DNA from: Haliotis cracherodii
Taxonomy: Eukaryota
Direction: 5' to 3'
Assembly: GCF_022045235.1 (NCBI RefSeq)
Contig: NW_027266273.1
Location: 7,564,001-7,628,000, forward strand
Length of the DNA stretch: 64,000 bases
The notes beneath the pieces are model-generated. The model was given only the letters and a program-made list of their open reading frames with translations. It was not told the origin of the DNA and searched no databases. This document shows positions 26,986-38,523 of this stretch, one piece after another. Made by a program: the position numbers and the translations under genes. Within the stretch, counting starts at the first letter, position 1; the number at the start of each line of letters is the position of its first letter.

Positions 26986-27647
26986 CCCCGAAAACAGATT
27001 ATAACTGTCCAGGGACCGATTTCACAAAGTGATCTAAGCTCTAAGACTGACGTAAGCCTATGTTAAACGATGTTGGTTACGGCAGTCGTAAACCCCGAAA
27101 ACAGATTTTGACTGTCCAGGGCCCGATTTCACAAAGTGATCTAAGCTCTAAGACTGACGTAAGCCTATGTTAAACGATGTTGGTTACAGCAGGCGTAAAC
27201 CCCGAAAACAGATTTTGACTGTCCAGGGCCCGATTTCACAAAGTGATCTAATCTCTAAGACTGACTTAAGCCTATGTCAAACGATGTTGGTTACGACAGT
27301 CGTAAACCCCGAAAACAGATTTTGACTGTCCAGGGCCCGATTTCACAAAGTGATCTTAGCTCTAAGACTGACGTAAGCCTATGTTAAACGATGTTGGTTA
27401 CGACAGTCGTAAACCCCGAAAACAGATTTTGACTGTCCAGGGCCCGATTTCACAAAGTGATCTTAGCTCTACGACTGACGTAAGCCTATGTTAAACGATG
27501 TTGGTTACGACAGTCGTAAACCCCGAAAACAGATTTTGACTGTCCAGGGCCCGATTTCACAAAGTGATCTTAGCTCTACGACTGACGTAAGCCTATGTTA
27601 AACGATGTTGGTTACGACAGTCGTATACATGTACACCGAAAACAGAT
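26986..27647. repeat. Minisatellite, 107-bp unit x6, derived from a Harbinger-like MITE half
   Basis: Units start at 26986, 27093, 27200, 27307, 27414, 27521; each contains CAGGGCCCGATTTCACAAAGTGATCT (first unit CAGGGACCG). Confidence 0.97.
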
Positions 27648-27654
27648 GTTGGTT

Positions 27655-27925
27655 GTCCGTGGGTATTCGAGGTTAGAATTAGTTCCAGCAGCTTATGCTT
27701 GTCCTAAGAGACAACTTAATGAATCGGGTGGTCCCACTCGATGACTTGGTTGATCCCGCGGACATACAAATACTGTATATCGTTGATGTTAAATTTACAT
27801 GGTCAGTCATCATTATTCTCAGAGAGAATTGTCACTCAGTTTCACACCTCACCGATGTGGATTGTTGCTCACAATATCAATCACTGGTCTGTCTGGCCCA
27901 GACTCAACTATCTACAGGCGACGAC
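27655..27925 (+). mobile_element. Retroposon family D, highly decayed
   Basis: ATGCTTGTCCTAAGAG, ATCGGGTGGTC, TGACTTGGTTGAT, ATCAATCACTGG..TGTCTGGCCCAGACTC. Confidence 0.7.
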
Positions 27926-27954
27926 CACAAAGCTGTCAAAACAATAGTCGGAAC

Positions 27955-28043
27955 CAGGGCTACGACAATCGTAAGTCTATATTAGGGGATGCACAAGTTA
28001 CAATCGTTGTAGCGCTAACATCGCTGAATGGAGCGGCGCCCTG
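27955..28043. mobile_element. Harbinger-like MITE remnant
   Basis: CAGGG...GCCCTG ends; CTACGACAATCGTAAG / TTACAATCGTTGTAG internal palindrome of the same family as 35177. Confidence 0.55.
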
Positions 28044-28116
28044 GTCAAGATGGACGCCAGAATAGGTTGCTTTAGTTTTTTTCTTTTCGATTTAGTTATA
28101 TCCAAACAGATTTTTT

Positions 28117-28367
28117 TCAAACATTGCTGGTATTTGTTTCTGTGTAAGGTTTTTGTCTACTTGATTTATTTGTTGTTTTATTCAAACATTGCTGGTATTT
28201 GTTTTTGTCTAAGAGTTTTGTCTACTTGGTTTATTTGTTGTTTTATTCAAACATTGCTGGTATTTGTTTTTGTCTAAGAGTTTTGTCTACTTGGTTTATT
28301 TGTTGTTTTATTCAAACATTGCTGGTATTTGTTTTTGTGTAAGGTTTTTGTCTGCTTGGTTTATTTG
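28117..28367. repeat. Minisatellite, 65-bp unit x about 3.9
   Basis: TCAAACATTGCTGGTATTTG at 28117, 28182, 28247, 28312. Confidence 0.95.
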
Positions 28368-30894
28368 TAATAGTTGATAAGATATAGGAAAAACATTTCT
28401 GAAGATTCGCCAGATTCATGTCGTTCCAATTTTCTTTCTGTGAACTGACGAATTTGAAAGTTCGAATCATGTTCAATATACAGTGAAACCGCGTTGGTCG
28501 GGAAGCCCCATTCCTCCGGACGACTAATTTTGAGAACCTCAAACCCAATAGTTAAAGGTCAATACAATAATATATATCTGAGGTTATATAAATTCCTTAA
28601 TCAGTATCAATAAATTTGCATCTTCTTTCATCTACATTTCAAAGAAACTTTATCAACTAAGTAGTACAACATTTAATGTGGTTCCGAATGTTCTCAAACA
28701 TATTCAGTCAAGAACGATATTTTATTAGTTTACAAAACTTAACTGTGTCATGCGAGTCTGCTTAAAATGCAACTGGGGAGATTTGAGCGAAACTGCCGAC
28801 TGTCACAATAACGCCATATGTAAATGCGGCCAATATTCTTCAGAAACAAATTTCAGAACCTTCGAAAGTTTGACGATTTGCATTAATAAGTGAAAGTTAT
28901 TTTGTGTATTGCACGAAGTAAACAGATTATTGAAAGAAATCTGGCCGTTATCTTTCGTTATCGTATTATAAATTCAAATCTCAAATCGCGCTCCGCAAAA
29001 ATCACGGGCAAATTTTCTCACTTTTTTGACCGAAGAGGGCTTTCTTTTAGCATAGACGTTCGACTATCTTTGACAAAGGACAAGGAAATTGAGCGGTGCA
29101 CGGCTGATTGTTGCCCGTGTCTGAGCAGTGACATATTCCATACTACACCGCTTCGAAGCACACACATTAGTTCGTGGCTCTGCCGTGGTTTGGTTGGAAC
29201 ACATCTGTAATTACGATCGAATCATAGGCAATGCATGAGGTCTTCTTTCCATCTCCCGTCAAGACGGACTGGTACTTGGAGTTATACCTCGATAATTTTA
29301 AGTCTGGACTTTCTCTCAGCTCTGTAAATTGAATAAGACAAGGTTTGCTTCTTTTAAGGGGCGTTGTGGTCATAGCGCTTTTCTCGACCAGATTGCTGTT
29401 GCGATTCACAGCTGTTTCGCTCGCCCATCAGCGTCAAGGATGCTCTCTTGTGCTATCATTATCCTGTCTGGGATCGAGGATTGGAAGAAACATTGCAAAA
29501 ACTCGCCTATATTTTAGAGAATTATGTGATTCTGCCTTGATTCACCTCTGGGTATACCGTTACTTCATCTGAACTTTGATCTATAACTTTGTTTTGAGGA
29601 GATGCATCAAATTCAACGTCAATCATTCGCGATAGCTTTGAACCAAGGCCGTCACTCTCTGTCCTTGTAATTTCCAGAAATGCCTCGGGGGAATTGTTAC
29701 ATCCCTATTCAAACATATGCCAAACATTTCTCGAATTTCGCTTAATATCTCTGTTTGTATCTGCATATGTTTGGCACGTGCTTTTAAGCTTTGACGTCAA
29801 CGTAACGTCACTGGGCTATGAGTAATGGCGTTAATGATATTCTTGCTACCTATTTCATCAACAATTACGGAAACAATTTGACCTCCTCAGCGCTGACTTA
29901 CGCACAGTCATGACGCGGGCGGTCCTTTCATCTGAAAGATTAACAGATGATGTAAAGTGCGTTGCAATTGCGTCAACCTCATTCCGCTTTAACTTTATTA
30001 GAAACACCGGTTTAAACCCAAAACTTAGCGACGCAAAGGAGACCGTTTCGCTAAGGTGTTAATTTCAGCCAGGGAAAAACGCTAGAAAAGCAAAAATTAA
30101 ACAGATTTGACTTCGCCAGCTGTTAACGTGAGCCCCAACACGCAATTATCTTAACGTCTACCGCGAGAAAGCACGGGCGTGTTGTCATGGAGACACGCGC
30201 GCTTCGAGCTGTCCCATTAAAGGTACCCGCCCATTTCTCGTTGACGTCATTAGGGTTAATGCTTGCGGGTTGTCTTCTGTCCCAGCGAAAAGGTAATAAT
30301 AGGGTCTCGGTCTTATCCCTACCTAGACACGGTGCTGGACAGGTGACGTTCATCAAGATTGGCCATCGCTTAATCTCTAAACCCACAGTCTTCAATTAGA
30401 GGAATTAAAGGAAGAGGGACGCTGAGCGAAGCGCTTATGCAGTGGCTCTCAACAAAACCTGCAAACACGCACCTGCTCGGAAAACACAAGATTTCCGTTT
30501 TCCACCATCAATTGTATCTTTGTATTCAAAGAAAGGCTTAGTTTGGTTATAAATTCTCTTTACACTAATACCAGCAAAATTAGAAGTGGATTTCAATGTC
30601 TTTAGGATAAGGGTCCTGTTTGTCTCTGATGTCAGTTCGTATTGCTTTTTGTAAGTAAATATGATCCGTCAAAAGCGGAAGACCTTTTAAGTCTAAAAGC
30701 AAAACATGTTTTAGATCCAGGCTTTTCAACCCGTATTCAACTTCTTGTTGTACCTTGTAATGACAGGTTCTGTGAAAGGAACAAGAATACGCGGTATCTG
30801 GTCAAGAAACATTTCAACCACGGAGAGATCACACTAACGGTGATAATGCTTTATGCCTTTCCACATTTTTCACACGCATATTGCACATAAAGCT

Positions 30895-31080
30895 CTGTGA
30901 AACCTCGTTATACCGGACGTTCCTCCCACTGAAATTGTGCGGATTAACACATTTCCAGTGAAATCAACAATAGTTTCGGAGCGGTGTTACTTTGTAGTCA
31001 CGTTGACGTTCTAAATAGTTTTAGTCCGGAATTGTGAGATTTGTGGATTAACGGGACCGCTCTAACGAGGTTCCACTATA
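30895..31080. mobile_element. pogo/Tigger-like MITE
   Basis: TIR-like ends CTGTGAAACCTCGTTATACCGG / CCGCTCTAACGAGGTTCCACTATA. Confidence 0.65.
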
Positions 31081-31460
31081 AATGAATGATTTTGATGCCG
31101 GCTCAACACCGTTCCAGATTATCATTTTCTATCACATTATAAATTCTCATTGTCACATGTTTGATCAAGATTCTTTATTTACGAAATGTACATGTAAACT
31201 CCGCGGCCATCAGAACACACAAATTACACTTTGACAGTTTTACTTGTGTGGGGGTTCATATATTCATAGCAGTAGTGTTTTCATGCCATGCTAACACAAA
31301 TCAACAAAATGACAATGTGCTTTCACGTGAACGTATTCTCTTAGTCAAAATTGTATAAATCTTAAAAATTACAGGACCTTTGCCTTTTAGAAAAGACGTT
31401 GACGGGTGAAGGTGTTGAAGTGTCTGACGTTAAAGTGAGTGAGTGAGTGAGTGAGTGAGT
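30968..31460 (+). repeat. Segment duplicated at 43881-44373
   Basis: About 12 substitutions in about 470 bp by hand alignment. Confidence 0.95.
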
Positions 31461-31612
31461 ATGGTTTTACACCGCTTTTAGCAATATTCCAGCAATATCA
31501 CGGCGGGGGACACCAGAAATGGGCTTCACACATTGCACCCATGTCGGGAATCGAACCCGGGTCTTCGGCGTGACGAGCGAACGCTTTAACCACTAGGCTA
31601 CCCGACCGCCCC
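31436..31612 (-). mobile_element. SINE family A, young full length
   Basis: TSD CTGACGTTAAAG (31424-31435, 31613-31624); intact A and B boxes. Confidence 0.96.
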
Positions 31613-31807
31613 CTGACGTTAAAGGTGACCATTGCAGAAGCTTGGATTATTCGTTATGTATTTTCCTTAAAACGTGTTTTGTCATTCTTTGAATGCTGAA
31701 TGTCAATAGAACTATTTTATATAATATATATACAACTTATAAAATTCAATATACTTACGTATCCATGTAACTGTGCATGTTATAAAATAACATTTCAACG
31801 TAATGAT

Positions 31808-31960
31808 GGTTGGTTGGTTGGTTTGTTGTTTAACGCCGCACTCAGCAATATTCCAGCTATATGACGGCGGTCTGTAAATAATAGAGTCTGGCCCAGACAA
31901 TCTAGTGATTAATATCATGAGCATCGATCCACGCTATTGGGATCGATGACATGCATCAGC
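31808..31960 (-). mobile_element. Retroposon family D, 3' half
   Basis: Tail and body match 33241-33400. Confidence 0.9.
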
Positions 31961-31969
31961 CACCTTTTA

Positions 31970-32134
31970 GTGAGTGAGTGAGTATGTTTTACGTCGCTTT
32001 TAGCAATATTCCAGCAATACCACGGCGGGGCACACCAGAAATGGGCTTCACACATTGTACCCATGTCGGGAATCGAACCCGGGTCTTCGGCGTGACGAGC
32101 GAACGCTTTAACCACTAGGCTACCCGACCGCCCC
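31970..32134 (-). mobile_element. SINE family A, young full length
   Basis: TSD CCACCTTTTA (31960-31969, 32137-32146). Confidence 0.95.
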
Positions 32135-32886
32135 AACCACCTTTTAAGCGTCTTTATACATTTATGTATTTTGCTGTTTTGTTAGAAAAAAACATGTTTT
32201 AAAATTATGACTATGTTGTATTCGTATCCCGACCCGCCCTAGATAAAAAAAAATAAACCTTTTCGTCTACATTAGTATGCATGTGTTTCCCGGTCACGTG
32301 AACAAAATTCAATCGAAAGACAACATTGAAGTGTTCATGTATCACCTGCGATTAGTGACTAGAATCTAATACATTAACGCCAGAAAACAACCAGTCTCGG
32401 TTATCCGCCGAAACAGATTCCACTGGGACCAAATGCCATAACAGCGCTGAAAACTATATCGCGGAATGTGTAGCTAAAACTTAGTGATGACACCCGGTGT
32501 TCGTTAAAACCTAAGTATGCCCCGCCCCATCGGTAGCACCGCCACTCGCACAACTTGCATAAAAAAAGTAAATGTTTGTTTGTCGTCTTGGTCAACGTCT
32601 TGAGTATTTCCGTTCCATCAGCTGTGTCAAGTAAATGTGACAGGAAAGCCAAGGTGGATGTATGGTGTAAAACCCAAGAGTACGAATTTGTCCTGATGAC
32701 CATGGGGCTTAAAGGGCGAAAATATCGAAATAGGACTATTGATACTCAAGCTCCCGACCACACTGATTGAATAGAGTCACATACATCACTGTTAACGTAT
32801 CCTTTTATCTTGTTTTCAAAAACCCGAACCGGCTTTTGTGTTCGATCTGAATCCTTATTCTAAGTTCGCTTTCGTTTAAGTAAAGA

Positions 32887-33088
32887 ATACGTATTTTCAA
32901 GGTATGTGAATACGGAAGAGATATAGACATATATATATTTTAAGGTTCATCATTTGTTGGAAACGGCGCAACGGGGGATGTGGAAGTATACGTATTTTCA
33001 AGGTATGTGAATACGGAAGAGATATAGACATATATATATTTTAAGGTTCATCATTTGCTGGAAACGGGTTAACGGAGGATGTGGAAGT
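32887..33088. repeat. Tandem duplication, 101 bp x2
   Basis: Units start at 32887 and 32988. Confidence 0.95.
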
Positions 33089-33240
33089 GAGCTGTACATC
33101 CTATATCCCACACTGGCAATCTTTTCTAACGGGTCGATCCGCAGCCACCAGTAAAGACAAAAAGTATAAACAAAAACTAATATAGAAATACATAATGAAA
33201 GGATGCGGGATACAGTAACATTACTTCATCCCATCTTTGT

Positions 33241-33517
33241 TTTGTTTTGTTTGTTGCTTTGTTTGTTTGTTTAACGCCGCACTCAGCAATATTCCACATA
33301 TATGACGGCGGTCTGTAAATAATCAAGTCTGGACCAGACGATCCAGTGATTGATATCATGAGCATCGATCCACGCAATGGGATACGATGACATGCATCAA
33401 CCAAGTCAGCGAGCCTGACCACCGATCCCGTTTGTTGCTTCTTACGACAAGCATTGTCGCCTTTTACGGAAAGGATGGGTTGCTGAAGACCTATTCTACC
33501 CCGGATCTTCACGGGTC
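33241..33517 (-). mobile_element. Retroposon family D, full length
   Basis: Starts GACCCGTGAAGATCCGGGTAGAATAGGTCTTCA; TSD CCATCTTTGT; (AAAC)n tail; no A/B boxes. Confidence 0.93.
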
Positions 33518-33587
33518 CCATCTTTGTAATTGGAGTCCATTCTGACATGTGTGTTTTATGAACAGTACTTGAACATATGTTTGGTCT

Positions 33588-33712
33588 GTGAGGTAGCCTA
33601 GTGGTTAAACCATTAGCTCGTCACGTCGAGGCCACGTTACGTTTCCCCACGTGGGTATAACGTGTGTTCCCTATCCAGATATGGTTGAATGCGGCGTAAA
33701 ACGACATTCACC
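33588..33712 (+). mobile_element. SINE family A, decayed
   Basis: GGTAGCCTAGTGGTTAAA..GCTCGTCACG...GCGGCGTAAAAC. Confidence 0.7.
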
Positions 33713-34039
33713 CCAAAACTTTTCTTCCTTGGCGAATATGCCGGAAAAGGTGTTTGTAAACATTTGAAATAAAATCTGCTAACAATGACCATTGATAGAT
33801 GTTACCTTGCTGTCATGACGTCACGTAGCATGATAGGGATTGCGTTACTGCATCAGATGCGTAACATGTCAACTATTTCAGTAGGATTCTTTTATTGTCG
33901 AGTAAGCCACTCGATAATTGAACATTAGCTGGTAAATAAAGTCGGAGGAACTTCATAAAATTAGCTATATCCTTTATGGAGTGTAATTTCACCCGTTTCG
34001 AGCGGGATTTATGTGACGATGCGCTGTAACAAGAGACGC

Positions 34040-34982
34040 GTACAAAGATGCCGCCATCTTTAAAACGTGATGCCACATCCTCGTCTCCATTGTCGTTAAC
34101 ACAAAGGGGACAGGTCCTGCCTAACGATTGTCGTAACAAAGCCTCCACTAACAAATTGAGGACGATAAAAGTAAATCCAATTCGATTATTTCGCTATTAA
34201 ACGTTTCTGATACTGTTATGGTCCCGATCTTCGTGAATTTTTACTTTACAAACAGGTGGCGGTACAAATTGCATTTCGGATATGTTTACATTTAATAAAA
34301 CTCGCGTGAAACTACGTTTTATCACATCTATAACAGTTGTGGGATGAAAAACACGTAACGCCGTGACTGAAATCGAAACCGGTAATTTAGACAAAAGATA
34401 CACCGAAGGACAATTACACAGTGATAAGCCATATACAAGCATTGTGGTATAGGATCTCGCAACATAAACGTGCACATTAATCTCGCGTGGACGAGACTCT
34501 GAAACGAGAGTACGGGAAGAATCAATTGTAAATGTAATACGATGTTATTTCACCCCTAATCGAGGAGTTGTCAAGAGGCAGGGTCCCTGTACTCCCCCTT
34601 GTCACCCCCGTGCTCCCAACAGCGCGGACTGCATTAAGCGACGCCTCCTTCCGACGTTGATGAATGGAGCACGTACGCACTTGTCAAAATGGCGACCGCC
34701 GCGCGAAGGAGATTCGACCGAGGCCCTGTCTCTGTTTACCATTTGTTTTTGTCACAACAGATGAAGTGTATATCTTCATTTGCGTCCAGTAAATTGATTC
34801 AGACTGCAAGAATGATTTCACGTTCCCGAGAAAGACACAGTGTATGTGTCTATGTGTCAGGGCCGACAATCACCGTCTGCCATCTGAAACACCATCTCTG
34901 AATCGGAACGATGATGAATGTAAGGTCCGCTGGAATATCATCCTTGTTATCATAAACGCCTCCATTTAAAAACACCGTGAGT
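34040..34982. promoter_or_regulatory. Candidate CpG-rich promoter/enhancer with two divergent YY1-type motifs
   Basis: GCCGCCATCTT 34050-34060, CAAAATGGCGAC 34685-34696, splice-donor-like CC|GTGAGT 34977; TE-free. Confidence 0.3.
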
Positions 34983-35176
34983 AACTTGTGAGATTATTGA
35001 AAACATTGACGATATTCGGACTTAAGAATCCTCAATTTTAGCGTAAACAAATATTTACATTCTTCTAAACGAAAAAAAGATGTATATGTCAAATTCAGTA
35101 ATTAGCATTCTTGCAAATTAAACATACATTTCCAATATAAAGTGCATTTCGACGAGTGACGTGACGGCTTTTACGT

Positions 35177-35395
35177 CTGGGCCCCGTTTAACAAATTGAT
35201 CGTAGCTGTACGACTGTCGTCAGTCCATGTCAAGGAATAAGGGTTACGACAGTCGTAGCTCTACGCTTCGTGAACCCGGGCCCTGGACCAACTTGCACAA
35301 ACCGATCTTAGTGCTAAGACTATTGTAAGCCTTTGTTAAAGAATGAGAGTTACGATCATCTTAGCGCTAGGATCGCTTCATGAACTCGGGCCCTG
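35177..35395. mobile_element. Two tandem Harbinger-like MITEs of about 108 bp
   Basis: CTG-GGCCCCGTTTAACAAA...TGAACCCGGGCC-CTG; palindromic body; CWG flanks typical of some PIF/Harbinger elements. Confidence 0.7.
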
Positions 35396-35466
35396 GTGTT
35401 ATCAGGGATCACGTAGTGCATCATCCGACTGGTCACCTCATTTGGTTAATTTCTTCAGATAGTAAC

Positions 35467-35509
35467 ATTGTTCCTCACTGTTCCTCATTGTTCCTCATTG
35501 TTCCTCATG
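35467..35509. repeat. 10-bp tandem repeat TTGTTCCTCA x4
   Basis: Direct reading. Confidence 0.9.
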
Positions 35510-35697
35510 CGTTATACCTTATCTAACTCACTCACACGTTCATAGAAGCATATAACTATGTAATACACTCGAAAATAATTTGAATCGGTCGAATCTTGGC
35601 ACACTAAATCGTCATCTACTGTAAAAACGTCTTCATTGTTTCGTTCAAACAACTGGAGGTGCAACTGGAGGCTATGTTTTTATTCATAGTGTGCGAG

Positions 35698-35763
35698 CTT
35701 GACCACCTTTACGGCAAGCATGGGTTGCTGGAGACCTATTCTACCCCGTATCTTCACGGGTAC
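35698..35763 (-). mobile_element. Retroposon family D, isolated head
   Basis: Reverse complement ACCCGTGAAGATACGGGGTAGAATAGGTCTCCAGCAACCCATGCTTGCCGTAAAGG. Confidence 0.85.
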
Positions 35764-36925
35764 CCGTTTACAAATATCGTATTAAGGGTCATCGGTGTGG
35801 AGTTATGTCCCTTTGTATATATGTCCACGATGCCCGCATTACTCGGGTGTTTGCATTAAACGAGTGCGGAGTTACCTTTTTTCGCTAAAAGCATTCCAGT
35901 CCCTCTTCACGTCGTTGTCTCGCATAACGTCTCGCGTCTTTTAACGACGCTCGAACAATTTCATTCTGTCACGTTCTGTTATAACCACACACTGTTTCGA
36001 CACGCATTCCGCCTTTTCACACACCCCTTCCGCCTTCTCAGCAACCCCACAGCTTTCACCCCCACCCCCACCCGCCCTCGATACCACCCAAAACCACCCA
36101 TTTTCATCACGTTCCAAATCCACTGTAATTTTAAACACTCCTAATCACATTTTGATCAGTGTTATCAAATGACTGCGCATCCGCATTCTCAGACCTTAAT
36201 GTATACCTAGCCCGCGTTAGCGGCCATCACTTAATAAATTTATATCAGATTCATTTATTGTTATCAAGTATGTATCCTTTGTTGGTCATAACTGTACCTT
36301 GGATATTCGCTCAAAGCCGACAGAAGGGGCGATACAAGGATTATATGGAAGGCGAAGCAGGATATCAAGAAATAGCCACACGATGATTATACAGAAATCT
36401 TACCAACTCATTTCTTTCCTTAGCCGCAAAGAAGCTTAAAACCGTCTAATTATTCAGCCATAACGCGTGAATCTGTAATTCGAACTCAATGCAAACACGG
36501 CAGTGCCTATCAAGAGATTGTGCCCTTCTAAGGGACCGGGAACCGTCTTTGATGTACACACTCCTTATCGGTAATGGTCCGCATTCGCCCTGGACCAATC
36601 TAATTATGTTTTGCAAACATCTGATGTATCTTGTGCTGGACACAAAGTACAGACTACCGTAGACAAATAAAATTAAAGACCCCGGCTTCGAAATTTCAAG
36701 CACTCTCCATTATTCTTTGGAAAATCGCTGCGGCTAAAAAGTATGGATGATTGCCGAGGCCATGTTTCTTAAGTTGTTTGTGCCTGGTGCAAAGGTCCAA
36801 GATTCGCTTTACTTTGGGGAGGATCATGGATTTGGGGTTAATATGTGCTGAACATGCGTTTGGCTTCCGTTCAAGATGGTATCTTTGAGTTACCATTCTA
36901 ATTATTATCGTTTTCAGGCCCGTGA

Positions 36926-37150
36926 GACCCGTGAAGATGCGGGGCAGAATAGGTCTTCAGCAACCAATGCTTGCCGTAAAAGGTGACTAACGGGGTCGGG
37001 TGGTCAGGCACGCTGACTTGGTTGATGCATGTCATCGATCAAACTTGCGTCACTGGGTTGTCTGGCCCAGACTCGATTATTTACAGACCGCCGTCATATA
37101 GCTGGAATAGTGCTTGGTGCGGCGTTAAACAACCAATACACAAACAAACG
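36926..37150 (+). mobile_element. Retroposon family D with internal deletions
   Basis: GACCCGTGAAGATGCGGGGCAGAATAGGTCTTCAG head; shared tail. Confidence 0.9.
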
Positions 37151-37799
37151 GCTCTGTGGGGATTCCGGATTAGAGTTGGTCTATACTGCAATCTATACTG
37201 GTCGCGTGGTCACGCTCGGTGACTTGTTTACTAGCATGTGGACGTACACCGACAGCGTGGAATGTTGTTCATAATTCCAATCACTAGATTGTCTGGTCCA
37301 ATTTGATAAAATTTCAAAACGAGTTTGTGATGTGATCTTCAAAGATATTTAGCTGAATCCATCTTCTACACATTTAATGTCAAGGCCAGAGAATAACCAG
37401 TCTCGATTATCCACCGAAACAGATTCCATTGGTCGTAAAGGGCAAAAAGTGGTGAAAATTATGTGTAAGGATCACGAACAACACTGATGACACCAGGTGT
37501 TCCCAAACACTCATGGGGCGTCAAAATGATTGTTTTGAAAACGTCGATAGAAAGTGACGGGACCGACATTTATAAAAATATTTTCGTCGATGTTTTTCAT
37601 AGATTGAGAATAGTTCACGCCCTTGACATTCAAGCATTATTGCTTCATATATTGACCCTTCCAATTCCTGGATTCAAAGCCGGATTTTCGACAAAAGGAG
37701 CCAACTCTTAAACAACGATAGGACACCGAATCGCCTTCACATTTAGTCTAACATAACATAAGAAGCATAATTCATTGAATAGTTGCCATTGCCATGGGG

Positions 37800-38010
37800 C
37801 CATGCAGAGTTGCGTCCCTTTGGCGTGCCCAAAACTGATGGACCTGGGTTCGAAAGATTCCCCCTAATTATGTTTCTACGTTTATTAGCACCAAAACGTG
37901 TTCATGGTTTAACCAAACGGCTAAACGTCTAACACTTGCATCGCTTCGGGTTTTACTCCCACATCCCGTGATATAGCTGAAAAACTGAGAGCGAGATTAA
38001 ACCAAACACT
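37800..38010 (+). mobile_element. SINE family C, decayed
   Basis: GCAGAGTTGCGTCCCTT, TTATGTTTCTA, TAAACGTCT, CTCCCACAT blocks. Confidence 0.75.
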
Positions 38011-38523
38011 ATGTCAAACATGACGCTTAGATTTTGAAAGCAACTATTTGTCACCGTGAAGCTATTAACAACGAGGATGGCAGTACCTATCTTCCATACA
38101 CATCTTCTGGGCCATATAAGTTATTTGGGGGTGATATATAGGAAGTTAAACCCGTAGTCTGCCAAGGGTCTGTAATTCGGGGTCCGGGCTTAACCAATGC
38201 GTCTGAATCGAAAGTAATGATACACGCTTCTGAATCAGCAATCTCGCTCCTGCCCCTAGACGCTTTAATGCATGGTTTTGGAAGTGCCCGATGAATGGCA
38301 TGCAAAGAGAGCCCCGTTTATGCAGTCTTATTGATTGCGATTACGAAGGTTCGTTATTTCTGTGTATTTCGGGTAAGTGGGGGTTTATGCTTGGACTAAA
38401 ATGCATTTGGTCGATTGGATATTTTTGTCAGAGAGTTACAGCGACATTCCACATCCAGATATAGCGTTTCGACATTCGGAAACTGTCGTAGCAGTTACTT
38501 GTTTGAATAATCTGAAAGAGTTA

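Noticed and set aside
26986-27647. CRISPR-like array
   Set aside because: Units are whole-length tandem copies without unique spacers; no cas genes; eukaryotic context
31161-31358. 65-aa ORF repeated at 44074-44271, resembling a small gene family
   Set aside because: By-product of the recent duplication; TTG start; differences are mostly non-synonymous
33395-33517. Assigning the family D head to canonical HDV-like or pistol ribozymes
   Set aside because: Lacks the 3-bp P3 with 7-nt L3 nested in P1 of HDV, and lacks the P2 of pistol; reported only as a candidate structured RNA
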